Of a stretch of DNA of 64,000 bases, positions 52,617-64,000 are shown piece by piece. Every line of letters starts with the position of its first letter. Positions within the stretch are counted from its first letter, which is position 1. Below the pieces are notes generated by a model. That model was not told where the DNA came from. It did no database searches and saw only the letters and a list, made by a program, of their open reading frames with translations. The stretch lies in NCBI RefSeq assembly GCF_009914755.1, contig NC_060935.1, one strand, 5' to 3'. This stretch comes from the human T2T-CHM13v2.0 reference genome, Homo sapiens. The position numbers and the translations under genes are program-made.

Positions 52617-53446
52617 CATATGATTATTGGCCATATGTATGTCTTCTTACATGTGGGCAACAATAATGAAAAACATATCAATATCACTGATGATTAGAGA
52701 AATGCAAATCAAAACTATGATGAGATACCATCTCACACCAGTCAGAATGGCTATTATTTGAAAGTCAAAAGGTAACAGATGTTGGTGAGGTTGTGGAGAA
52801 ATAGGAACACTTACACACTGTTGGTGGGAGTATAAATTAGTTCAGCCATTGCGGAAGACAGTGTGGCAATTCCTCAAAGACCTAAAGACAGAAATACCAT
52901 TCAACCCAGCAATCCCATTACTGCGTATATACCCAAAGAAGTATAAATCATTCCATTATAAAGACAAATGCATGCATGTTCACTGCAGCACTATTCACAA
53001 TAGCAAAGACATGGAATCAACCTAAATGCTCATCAATGACAGACTGGATAAAGAAAATATGGTACCTATACACCATGGAATACTATGTAGCCATAACAAG
53101 GAACAAGATCATGTCCTTTTCAAGGAAATGGAAGGAGCTGAAGGCCATTATCCTTAGCAAACTAATGCAGGAAGAGTAAACCAAATACTGCATTTTCTCA
53201 CTTATAGGTGGGAGCTAAATGATGAGAACATATGAACACAGAGAGGGGGAGAAACATACACTGGGACCTATTGGAGGGTGGAGGATGTAGGGTGGGAGAA
53301 GGGACAGGATCAGGGAAAATAACTAATGGGTACTAAGCTTAATAGCTGGGTGATGAAATATCTATACAATAATCCCCATGATGCAAGTTTACCTATGTAA
53401 GAAACCTGCACTTGTACCCCTAAACTTAAAATGAAAGTTAAAAAAA
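52617..53446 (+). mobile_element. 5'-truncated primate L1 (L1PA13-like) 3' end with a short 5' inversion
   Basis: ORF2 C-terminus MFTAALFTIAKTWNQPKC..WIKK, 3' UTR gatcagggaaaataactaatgggtac, A-tail, TSD aaaa(c/t)agca; 52617-52648 is antisense L1. Confidence 0.9.
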
Positions 53447-54135
53447 TAGCAGGTGAAAGAGAGTGATGGTTGCAGGGGGCAGGAGGGGGGAGTTGCCACA
53501 CCTGGATGAGGAAGGAGGGCATTTCAAGTGAGGATACAGTTTGTGCAAAAGCCCAGAGCTGTGATGAGTACCACACTTCCCAGCCACATATGTTCCTGGG
53601 AATATGACGGTTTTGGTTTTCAGAAGGATCCTTTTTGCACGGAAGATACTGAACTTATCTGCTTGCATTCAAAAGGCTATATAGGCCTTTCATAGTAACT
53701 TCTGACCAGCTTTCATTCCCAAGTGGTAGCTTTATAAGTTCTGCCTTTTACCTTTCCCCCATGCTGTTTAAGCTGTAAAAAAAAAATGTAGAAAAAAAAA
53801 AAAGGAAATCCAGCCATTTTGAGTCCATTGCCTCTTAGCCTCTTAGCCTCTTAGCTGCCCTAGGGGGTGCCACCTCTAAGCTGAAACCTTCTGTAATTGT
53901 TTGGGGCTCACTGGGCCTCCCAATGACACCTTCATTTAATGCCATTACAGTGTGGCTCCAGGTTCTTAAAACTTGGTACCTGTGCTCTTTACTTCTGCTG
54001 CCAGAAGGAATTGCTTTTAAAAGCTATCCTTTATGCTACTAAATTAGTTCTCACTATTGCTTTGTGTATCCAGGTAAGATGGAACAGTCAAATCCTTCAT
54101 TCTCTGGGTTGTGGAGGCAGTTTGAAGCATGTCTC

Positions 54136-54400
54136 AGAGTGTTTCCCAAAGCATGTCCTGTAGAACACTGAGCCCATGATACCAGCTTCCAAATGTAAGT
54201 TTAGTAGTCAAATATTCTTGGGAGATGTGGTGCAATGCATCCCAGTCTGAGAGATTCCTAATGCATATTGGCAGATTAAAGGCATGGAGAAAAGGCCCAC
54301 AAGAAAGAAATCTTTTTAACCCAGTGTTTCCTAAACTTACCACCAAATAGGGAATCCTATTTTTGCATTATTTCTACATCCTTTGGTAAGTGCTGCTCTA
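54136..54400 (+). mobile_element. MER103C-type hAT-Charlie element
   Basis: gtgtttcccaaagc...gagattcctaatgcatattggcagattaaagg...ttaacccagtgtttcctaaactta. Confidence 0.7.
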
Positions 54401-54809
54401 GGGAATAACAACCCCTTCCAGGTGCATGGTTTCTAATATTTTACATTCTGTTAGAGCAATACTATGAGGAAAGCAGTATGACTCCTATTTTGTGAGTGAT
54501 GACATTGAAGGGCAAAGATGTTAGTGACTTGTGCTAGGGAATACATCTGGTAGGAGGCAGTTGAAAATTAGGGTCTCTGTTTTGTAGGGTAGGGGGTCTT
54601 TGTCATCAAGCAACAGGGCCTTTTTGTGGAGCCCATTTGCACCCTTCAAGGTTGGTCTAGACCATATACACACATATACACACATGCATGTGTACACATA
54701 CACCCACCCAAAATGTGCTTTATAAATAGTCAAGTTATTATTGCTTTAAAAAATCCCACTATGGGGTAGGTGGGGAGAGCTAAATAAAGAAATTCTTATT
54801 TAATGCAGA

Positions 54810-55000
54810 GGAAGCTGGGTGCTTCATATACATTACCTCATAAATTTTTGAACTAATCGTGAGAGGTAAATATCTGTATCCCTGTTTTATAGAGAAACAC
54901 ACCAAGGCTCAGAGAAATTAGGTAACTTTCTCGGTGTCACAGAATACCAAAATGCTCAGCCAAGCTTTACGTTTATATTTGATTCCAAAACCCATTCTCT
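54810..55000 (-). mobile_element. MIR SINE
   Basis: tatccctgttttatagag...aggctcagagaaattaggtaact...gattccaaaaccc. Confidence 0.7.
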
Positions 55001-56964
55001 GTCCTCATCCTACTACATTTTGCTAGTGAATGTCACTATTCCTCTTAGCCTAGAACCTAACAGAGGAAGCTAGATTTACCCAGTTGCCTCTGCAGAGTGA
55101 CATGATGTGTGTTCCAACAGGTGGTTTAGATAAGGCTGGCTTTTCCTGGTGCTTTGAGAAAAATAAGAGTATTGAGAATTAGTAACTCTGCCCTAAAAGG
55201 AGATCAAAGGGAACTGATGCTTAAATGGTTTGACAGTGTTATGCCCCACCCTGGAAGGTGGATTTGGGACTTTATCCCTTAAACAAAAAGAATAGTTGGA
55301 GCCTTATTAGGGAACTGAGCAAAACTAACCAATATAAGGGCTTGGACACTGCTCAGGCCAACAAGTTGCCAAGTTGGATGGAAAAGCAGCTCATAGCTAG
55401 GAGAGGCCAAGGCCAAGTTGTATGGAAAAAGCCAAGTCAAGAGGTAGAAAGGCTGAGGTTTCTAGCCTGGGCTGTGCATCCATAGAGTGTGGGATCCTGG
55501 TAAATCTCTTAACTCCTCTTGGCCTTAGTTTCTCATATTTAAAATAAAGGGGTGTGAAAAGATGCCCAGAGATGGTAATTACTATGGGGAAGGGGAATCA
55601 GGTTTCTGCCTGGAGGCCAGAGGAACCCATTGTCTGCTCTGGATTGTCTCCTCTGGCCTCATTCTGGAAAGAGGCCTCACTTTAGGTCCCCCAGAGGGGA
55701 GAAGGTTTGGTGACCTCAGCCTCCTGAAATGAACACAGAGGGGACTCCCATACCTCACGTTTAGCACAGAGGGCACTGGGAACAACAGACCAGGGACCAT
55801 AAGGAGGCTCAGCTCATGGGAGGTTGGGGGCTTTCCCCCATTGGTTACTTGGTTACCTAAGTTTATGTCCTAGGTGGAAAATCTGCAGAGTTTGCTTGCT
55901 GTTTGTCTATTTGGGGTATGGTTTGTGTGGAAGTGCAGGATACGTTGCTTTGGATCCTGCATCCTACTCTCCAGCTAAGTGGGTTGTGGTCACGCTAAAG
56001 AGGGAGGGAAGCAGGATGAGGCCCTGGGACTGTGAAGGGAAGGGAAGGCAGGGTTGCCAGCATGGGCCTGGGAAAGGACTCTAAGCTTGAGCAACAGAAA
56101 CTTTCAGAGGCCCCCACAATGAGTGATTGGATTAAATGATTTCTCAGCTGCATCCCAGCTCACACATAAAGTGTTGATTTCATTTCCCTACCTTCCTCGA
56201 GCAATGCAGCAAACATCGGCACCACAGATGTGCTCAGACTTGAGCCTGACTCACGGAAGAGAGTCTGGGGCTGCCAGGTCTCAGACACCAGATTATAATC
56301 AGCTTCTTCCCAGGTGCTGCACACATGAGGCCCATGCCATGGGCAAACAGTGCCCAGGGGTGGTTCAGGCCCTGCAGAGACCATGGACAGTTCACCTGAC
56401 AGGAAAGAAGATCGGGAGGAACTCACTTCACAGATCCCTCAACAGAGGTAACAGTGTTCTTTGGGCCCCTGTTACTATTTAGGTGAGAGTTGCAAAGGCA
56501 GCCTCTCCTAGATTACAAAGTGTGGGTGGAAGTCATCAATACTTCAATAGTACCAGCTGTCAGGACCTACCCTCAGGCCTCTCCTACACCCTCCCTGCCA
56601 GGCTCCTAGCCTTCCCACAAGGGAGAGTTGGCCAGTGCTTTTGCCTTGGGGCTGGAGGTTGGAAATACTGTCAGCAGTGCTGTCAAGGTGAAGCTAAAAT
56701 ACGGCATCTCCAGGGGACACCCAGGCTGTGGGCCATGGCTGAGGCTGCAGCGTGGAGGTCAGCGTGCAGGCTCTGAGGGGGCAGGGATGGGCCCAGTGGA
56801 GTCCCCACCACCCAGTAGTTCCTTAATAAATTGTTGAATGTTTGATTAGCGTGGAGAGGTGGTGAAGGAGGGGTCACTGAGTGGGTCACTGAGTGCGATG
56901 GGAGAGATTGGGGAAGCAGAGATCTTTGGAATTTGGTTTTAGAGAATTAAGGATGAATTAAGGA

Positions 56965-57290
56965 AGGAATAATTTCTGAGTGCCTACTCTGGGGGACCCA
57001 CGTGATTGACACCTCACATGAGTTACTCTCCTTAAATCCTAAACAAGAATTATTATTATCCTTCGTTATGAGCTGAGGTTTGAGAGGCTAAGTGAATTAC
57101 CCAGAGACAAATCATTTCTAAGTGAAAAAGGCAGGATTCAAATCTAGATCTTCTGATTTTTCTGCCTTCATATAGTTAGGTCATTATTTTCTCCATTTTG
57201 TAGAGAAGACTGAGGCCCAGAAAAACAACTCAGAGCTAGGAGAGGGCAAAATGGAGACTAAAATCCAGGAATCTGGCTTGCCAGCTTTGC
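56965..57290 (-). mobile_element. Two MIR SINEs
   Basis: tttctgagtgcctactct...gctgaggtttgagaggctaagtgaattacccag; ccattttgtagagaagactgaggcccaga. Confidence 0.7.
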
Positions 57291-58413
57291 TCCATTCATG
57301 GACTGCTTGATGTTCTCCCGGGACATCCAGGTCTCCCTCACCCAGGTCAGCATTGAGTGTACTCAGCAGCTTGTCCTGTTCCCGTGGGGGCTGGGACTTA
57401 CCCCACCCTGCAGTCCTCATCTTCTCCCTCATTTGTTCAGGCAGCCCCTTTGGGGAGGGCGGACATCTGGCTCACAGCTGGCCTGAGTGAGGCTCATGCA
57501 ACTCTATACCGAAGAATGTGGGCTTCATGTGTGTTTTTCTTTTCTCTGTTGTAACAAAATTGGATAATGAGCCTGGTGAATGAGGCCCCAGCTCTGCCAT
57601 GCTGTGCCATTGGGTTACCCTCTCTGGGTCCTGGTATCCCCATTTTTAACAATGTGGGGTTATGCAAAATGACACCCAAGATCTTCTCCTGGTACTGACT
57701 TTCTAGAACTCTGTGTAAAACGGTTACCACACATACACCAGGAGAGTCAAGCATTCTTCCTTGCCCATGTAGTGAAATCTAAAACTAAACATGCATAAAA
57801 TATTTTGATGTTTAAATCAAACCTTGGCATTTTCTATTCACTTTATTTTTTACCCTTGTATAAATTTTTAAAAAATAGTCTTCACTTTATGAGAAAAAGA
57901 TATTTTCCCTTAAAAGTGCATAGAATTTCAAACTCTTTTTGTTGTTCTTATGCATTCTTTCTTAAAACCTTAACTAAAAACAAAGAAAAAAGGAGATGAA
58001 GTGCCTAAATATAAAAAACTTTCTGGGGTTCCTGTTTATTTACATCTTAAAATAGTTAATATTTGTGTCAACCTGGCTAGGCTATGATGTCCAGGTGTTT
58101 GGCCAAACACTAGTCTAGATGCTGCTGTGAATGTATTTGTGGGTATGATTAACACTTACCATCAGTTGCCTTTAAGTAAAGCAGATTACACACTATGACG
58201 TGGGTGGAACTCATCCAATCAACTGAAGGCTTTAAGAACAAAAGCAGGTTTCCCAGAAAAGGAGGAATTCTGCCTCAAGATTCAATGTGTAAATCCTGCG
58301 TGAGTTTGAGTTTCCAGCATGCCCTGTGGGTTTCCATACGTTCCCTGTGAACTTTGGACTTGCTAGCTCTGACAATTCTGTTAGCCAGTTTCTTAAAACA
58401 AATCTCTATTTCT

Positions 58414-59079
<666 letters not shown>

Positions 59080-59234
59080 GTATGTATCTATCTATCTATA
59101 TCCTATTGGTTCTGTTTCTCTGGGAAGCCCTGACATACACATCTGCTAGACTGGAAGACTGTTTCCACTGGAAATGTCATAGGATCCATGGTTCTTAGAA
59201 ACTTTCCAGGAGTGCTGTCTTCACTTTCTGGCTG

Positions 59235-59490
59235 CATCATATCATGGCTGGTGAGTTTGGGACTCAAGTGACCTGGGTGTGAAGCCAACTTCACTGCTTA
59301 CTAGCTATGAGGCCTGGTGTAGGCAGCACGCCCCCTGGGCCTCAGTTCCCTCATATCTGGAGCAGGGGGTGGGGAATGGGGTGTGTGATGATAACGCCTT
59401 GCTCGGGTTTGTTGGGAGGGTCAGGAGGGACAATGCATTAAATCACCTGACGCAGAACGTAACCTCCACGAAGAGTAAATACTACCCATA
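59235..59490 (+). mobile_element. MIR SINE
   Basis: ctgcttactagctatgaggcc...ctgggcctcagttccctcatatc...gggtttgttgggaggg. Confidence 0.7.
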
Positions 59491-59559
59491 TTATTCCTAT
59501 AACTCCTCCTCCTCCTCTGATTCCTCCTCCTTCTCCTTCTATCATAATTATTAACTGGA

Positions 59560-59945
59560 CTCAGACAACATTTAGAGAGCACTGCCTGGTTGCCAAGCCC
59601 TATACTGGGGAGCCAGTGATGGCAGATGAAAGTAAACGTCTTTACCCTTCAGGAGCTGAGTCAATTGAGAGGAGAAAGCTCCGCATGCTCTGTGAGTCAC
59701 AAGACAAGATGATATAAATCAAAGCTCTCCTAAGCCTTCAAGGCCCAACCCAAATCCTGTCTCCTTCACAAAACCTTTCCAGATCCCCCTATTGAAAAGT
59801 AATCTCCTGACTCCCACGTCCCCAGGGCCTTTGGCTTGTACCTTTCCTATGGTCCTTACCACTATTTACCTTGTATTAGAGTGATTTATGCACATGTCAG
59901 CCTCTCCCACTAGAATGTGAATTCCTGAGGACAGAAATATTTATG
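59560..59945. mobile_element. L2 (-) then L2 (+) 3' fragments
   Basis: acatttagagagcactgcc...cccttcaggagct; ccttcaaggcccaacccaaat...ccactagaatgtgaattcctgaggacag. Confidence 0.7.
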
Positions 59946-61269
59946 AAGGGCTTTTCTATGACTTTGACTACTCTATGAAGGACCAACATAACAACATCAA
60001 TAACCCACTTCACATTTTAAGATGATTTTATGACAAAATAATTAAAATTAAATGTAATTAAAACATTTTCACATATTCATTCTCATAGCCAATAGTGTTT
60101 TTTGTGTCCCTTTTATAGATGCTGCACAGGAGGCAGAGAGATGGCCGTGACCTGTACAAGGTCAGAGAACTAGTTAACAGCAGGGCTAAGCCCAGAATTT
60201 GGCCCATCTGTGCTCAGCAGTCTAAGTCTGGCACTTAACTGATGTGGCTGCGTTGCATATTCCTAGTTCCATTAAATCACCCTTAGCGAGCAATTCTGTA
60301 TTCTGCCATGCATAAGCAGTTTGGCTTCCTTGTCATGAGTGTGGTTTAGTAAGTTCTCTCCCTGTTTAGACATAAAACCAAGCCAGTTGAGACAAATTGC
60401 ATCTTTTAAGTGCCTTTCCAGACTGGTTGTGACTCTTACCCTGACATTTTTTGGGTCTGCAGAGGCTCCTCTGTAGCAGTTTTCCCCACAAAAACCATGT
60501 GGCTTCAGAGTGATTAGAGTTGGGTGTGCTTGAACACTGATCTCTCCACTCTTCCTCCCTTAAACTTCTCAAGGCTTTGTGACAACATTGATAGGCTCAG
60601 TTATCTGCCTTTGACAAATGAGGCAATTGAGGCTCTGAGAGGTGGAGTGACTTATGTGCCCGAGGCTGCCACTGTCAGGATTCAAACCCACATCTGTTCA
60701 GATGCTAAAGACTTTCCATTATGCCCACATTGAATTCTTTTCCCTAATGGGGAGGGACTGGGAAAGAAGGGACTGACTCTCTTATCTCTAGCAACCAACT
60801 TCATTTGTAAGATGTCAATTACAGGACTGATTTTTCTGGGAGACTTAGAATCATTAGATAATGACCATGAGCCAAAGATTCACTTTTGAGTTTGGTACGC
60901 ACTGCTTGAAGGCTGGGTATGACTATATGATTGTTTTTTTTTTTTTTTCTCTCCCAGTTTGAACACATTAATTGGCAGAAGTTTCCCCTGTGATCTTCCA
61001 GTACAACATTCTTCCTGCAGCCACACCTGACCAGTGGGAGGACTGACTAAATTCTTCATCCTCTCCATCCCATGCCTTTACGTCTGCTGTGTCTCCCACG
61101 TGGTGAGTCTTTTCTTTACACCTCTAACTAGGCTCCCATCTGTCAAGATCCCACTGGACTGGGCACATGAACTGGCTGAATTGAGTTGATTTGTACTTTG
61201 GCAAGACCGGTCTTCATGCAATAAACATTAGGGGACAAGTCAAAAGTAGAAGGTAACTAATAACGGAAG

Positions 61270-61570
61270 GAAAGGAAGGAGAATTGGTGAGGGCCAGATT
61301 TGGCTCAGAAACTTGAACTTCTTTTATTGGGCAGTGGGGAGCCATGGAGGCTTTTGAGCAGAGAAGCGGGCCACATGATGCAAATTATATTTTAGGAAGG
61401 TAGATCTGGTAGGAGAAAGTAAAAGTATGAAGGCTGCTTAGTAGATTCTTAGAATAGTCTAATTATGATGTGATGAGGGCCTGAGGCAGGTAAGTATCCG
61501 TGGACTGGAGAGCAGTAATAGTTGGGAGGTATTTTGAATGGGGTAGACTGGAGTCATTTGCTAATGGGGT
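61270..61570 (-). mobile_element. L2 fragment
   Basis: ggcagtggggagccatggaggcttttgagcaga...attttaggaagg. Confidence 0.7.
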
Positions 61571-61579
61571 CTCACAAAA

Positions 61580-62075
61580 AATGTGGCACAACACAGAAGA
61601 AAGCATCCAGGCTTTGGAATGAATCATCCTGGGTTATGAATCTCAGCTCAGTCACCTGCAGGTGTGTGACCTTGGGCAAGTCATGTAAACTTGCTGAGTT
61701 TCAGTTTTCATCTGTCAAATAGTAATATTTGACAACTCAGACCTGTTGTGAAAATCAATAGAAGTGACAAACATGCAAAGCTAGTCACATTGCAGAGGAT
61801 CAGTCAGTGATCACCATCATAAAGGGAGGTGGGAATGTATCCTAGCTAAGGGCAGGCCTAGAAGTGTTGCGCTTCTGCTCCTTTGCAGCTGTTTGAACTT
61901 GGGAAAATGACTGAACCTGGGTGAATCTTGGTAACATGGGAATAATAATAGCTCTCCCACAGATCTTTTGTAATGAATATCATATTAAATTAGATAAATG
62001 TATGGGAAGTGATTAGCTTATGATGGGCACATAGGAAGCCCTCAGGTAAGGAATAGTTGCTAATATTATCATTAT
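61580..62075 (+). mobile_element. Two MIR SINEs
   Basis: ggtgtgtgaccttgggcaagtcatgtaaac...tcagttttcatctgtcaaat; gctgtttgaacttgggaaaatgactgaacc. Confidence 0.8.
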
Positions 62076-62082
62076 TAGAGCC

Positions 62083-62568
62083 TGATGGACACTGCTGATT
62101 GGCTGAACCAGCTTCCATTTCTACCCCATTTTCTCTTTTCTGCTTATACTATAGAATTTCTAAATACTGTCTTTCCTAGCCTCCTTTGCAGCTGGGAGTG
62201 GCCACGTGACACAGTTCAGGCCAATAAGACATGAGCACATGTCTGCTGGGGGATGCGGGAAATGCTTTTAAACTCAAGATTAAAGGAAGAGCCCCAGTCA
62301 GTGTGGTCCAATTTCATTCTGCCCCTTATTCCTGCCTTAAGTTCGTGGATCGTGCCTGAGGCTGGGACAGACAACTCACAACCATGAAGAAAAGGCAAAG
62401 AGAATCACAAAGATGCCAGCCCAACGCTGGGAAGCTACTAGCCTACACCAATGCTAACAACCATCCATTTATGACTTCTTGTCATGTGAGGAGAATGAAC
62501 CTTCTGTGTGTAAGTTACTGTATTTGTGTTTTCTGCATACTTGTAGCTGAATGCAGTCCTAACTGATA
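62083..62568 (+). mobile_element. MLT1I/J-type MaLR LTR
   Basis: ttcctagcctcctttgcagctggg...ggccacgtgacacagttcaggccaat...aaggcaaagagaatcac...acttgtagctgaatgcagtcctaactgata. Confidence 0.7.
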
Positions 62569-63049
62569 AAAGAGGTAAAGGAAGGAGAACAGAGAAAGGT
62601 CACTAGGTGCTTCAGAGCATCAACATTCCAGCTAAAGGAAACTGCTCCATGTTTTCCATACAGGATCACTGTTTTCCTTCTTACAGGGATCTCCCTGACT
62701 GGAACCCTCACTCTCCCCTCAGCCCCTCCAGTCCCCATCTCTGTGCACATAAATCCTTTAAGGCTCAGTCTAGAGTCACCTCACCTATGAACTATCTTAA
62801 TCTCTCCATGTAGAATCAATCTTTCCTCTTTTAATTTCTGTTATAAATACTTACAATAATCATATTCGCAAATGGCTATGTAGTGTGTTATTGGTATTCA
62901 TAGCTTACTTCTACTAGCAGAAACTAAGTTCCTTTAGATATATTATTTCTGAATAAGACACACACAGTCTTACAAAAAATATTAATTATTATTATTTTGT
63001 TAAGTATTTGGTCTACTCATTCAGTGAATGTGTACTATGAATCTACTAT

Positions 63050-63278
63050 GTGTACCATTAGGGTTAATAACTTAAACTCTAATGACAAACAGTTTGGGCT
63101 CTCTCTATGGAACAATTTACTGTTTCTTTGTCTTTCAGATAGGGATAATGGTAAAAATAGAGATTTTATGAAGAATAACTGAGTTAATATCTGTAAAATA
63201 TAGAGAACAGTATCTAGAATACAGAAAATACTCAGGAAATATCTATTGTTAATATTATTATTATTATTGTTGTTGTTT
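63050..63278 (+). mobile_element. MIR SINE with (TTA)n/(TTG)n tail
   Basis: agggataatggtaaaa...gaataactgagttaatatctgtaaaatatagagaacagtatctag...actcaggaaatat. Confidence 0.7.
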
Positions 63279-63769
63279 ACCAAGCTATTAGTTTCTAGGC
63301 ATCTACTTGTTTTCTGCCATACAGCAAATGTTGAATGAATAACTTGTGAATAACTTGTGTATGTGTACCTCTGAAATGTTTAAAAACTCCAAATGAAACT
63401 AATTTAAATTCATATATACTTAAGTATATTAATGTTCATGAATAATTCACATGAACAAATATGTGTTTTTCAATTGATTTTCTTTGGAGATTGCATTGAG
63501 AATTTCACAACAGCTCTTGAAGTAACTGGAGAAGCAGTGGCAACTACCACAAAACCAGAAACAGGAATGGCTTAAGTCAATTAGAAAATTCATTTGCTTT
63601 TAAATTCAACAGTTGTCTACTCTCTGCCTGCTCTGGTTTAGCACCTAGAGAGCCTCCTACCACGTGAGTCTCCAGAGTGAAAGGTGACCCTTTCCTCTGA
63701 CCCACAGGAACCCCCCCATAGTCTGAGCCCAACATACAGCAGCAGCTTCATTTCCAACCCTTGCTAAGA

Positions 63770-63985
63770 GCCTGGGTACTGCAATCAGAAGGTCTTTGTT
63801 TAGATTCTTGTTCTGACCCTTGCTAGGTGTGTAATCCTTCTGGGCCTTAGTTTACCATGTACAAAATAGAACAATAAGGATATTCCTCATACTGAGTTAT
63901 TGTGAAGCTTGGTTGTGTAATGATCCAGGTGAAGTGCTTAGCACAGAGCTGAACACATGGTACATGATCAGTAAGTGTGATTCAT
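63770..63985 (+). mobile_element. MIR SINE
   Basis: ctgggccttagtttacc...gagttattgtgaag...aagtgcttagcacagagctg. Confidence 0.75.
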
Positions 63986-64000
63986 CATGTCATCCCAGTT

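Noticed and set aside
52976-53179. ORF with clear protein similarity (MFTAALFTIAKTWNQPKC)
   Set aside because: L1 ORF2 C-terminal remnant in a truncated element, not a gene
53830-53870. (GCCTCTTA)3 followed by CTCF-like GCCCTAGGGGGTGC
   Set aside because: Only 11/14 match to the CTCF core and a conserved C is missing; the 8-mer repeat is trivial slippage
55560-56900. GC-richer stretch with several 70-119 aa ORFs
   Set aside because: CpG-poor, no recognisable protein and no coherent exon structure; not a CpG island or CDS

Overview
This is primate (very likely human) non-coding genomic DNA, not microbial. It contains AluJ/AluS/AluY SINEs, roughly 55-60 MIR-family fragments (counted by eye), many L2 fragments, L1 and CR1/L3 remnants, MaLR/ERVL LTRs (THE1, MLT1, MLT2) and DNA-transposon MITEs (Tigger4b, MER45A, MER94, MER91A, MER5A, MER102, MER103C). 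I found no credible protein-coding exon, tRNA, rRNA, CRISPR array or CpG island. The ORF track is explained by chance, low-complexity purine tracts and Alu/L1/L2 remnants. The window looks like a large intron or gene desert in a MIR/L2-rich domain, and I cannot name the locus. The most interesting parts are repeat-free islands: a CpG-retaining element near 23.9 kb that folds into a hairpin with box C/D K-turn geometry, a PBX-HOX + MEIS + octamer motif cluster at 11.2-11.3 kb, a 36-bp near-perfect palindrome at 16.2 kb, recurring POU/homeodomain words, and two weak non-coding exon candidates. Repeat-derived structures of note are tail-to-tail inverted Alus ~54 nt apart, a (GGAA)15 microsatellite, an Alu-tail GAA tract, a THE1B/AluJ deletion junction and an L1 5' inversion. 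Subfamily names and most repeat boundaries come from remembered consensus sequences and are approximate. I do not claim a new biological system; the 23.9 kb element is the best lead.
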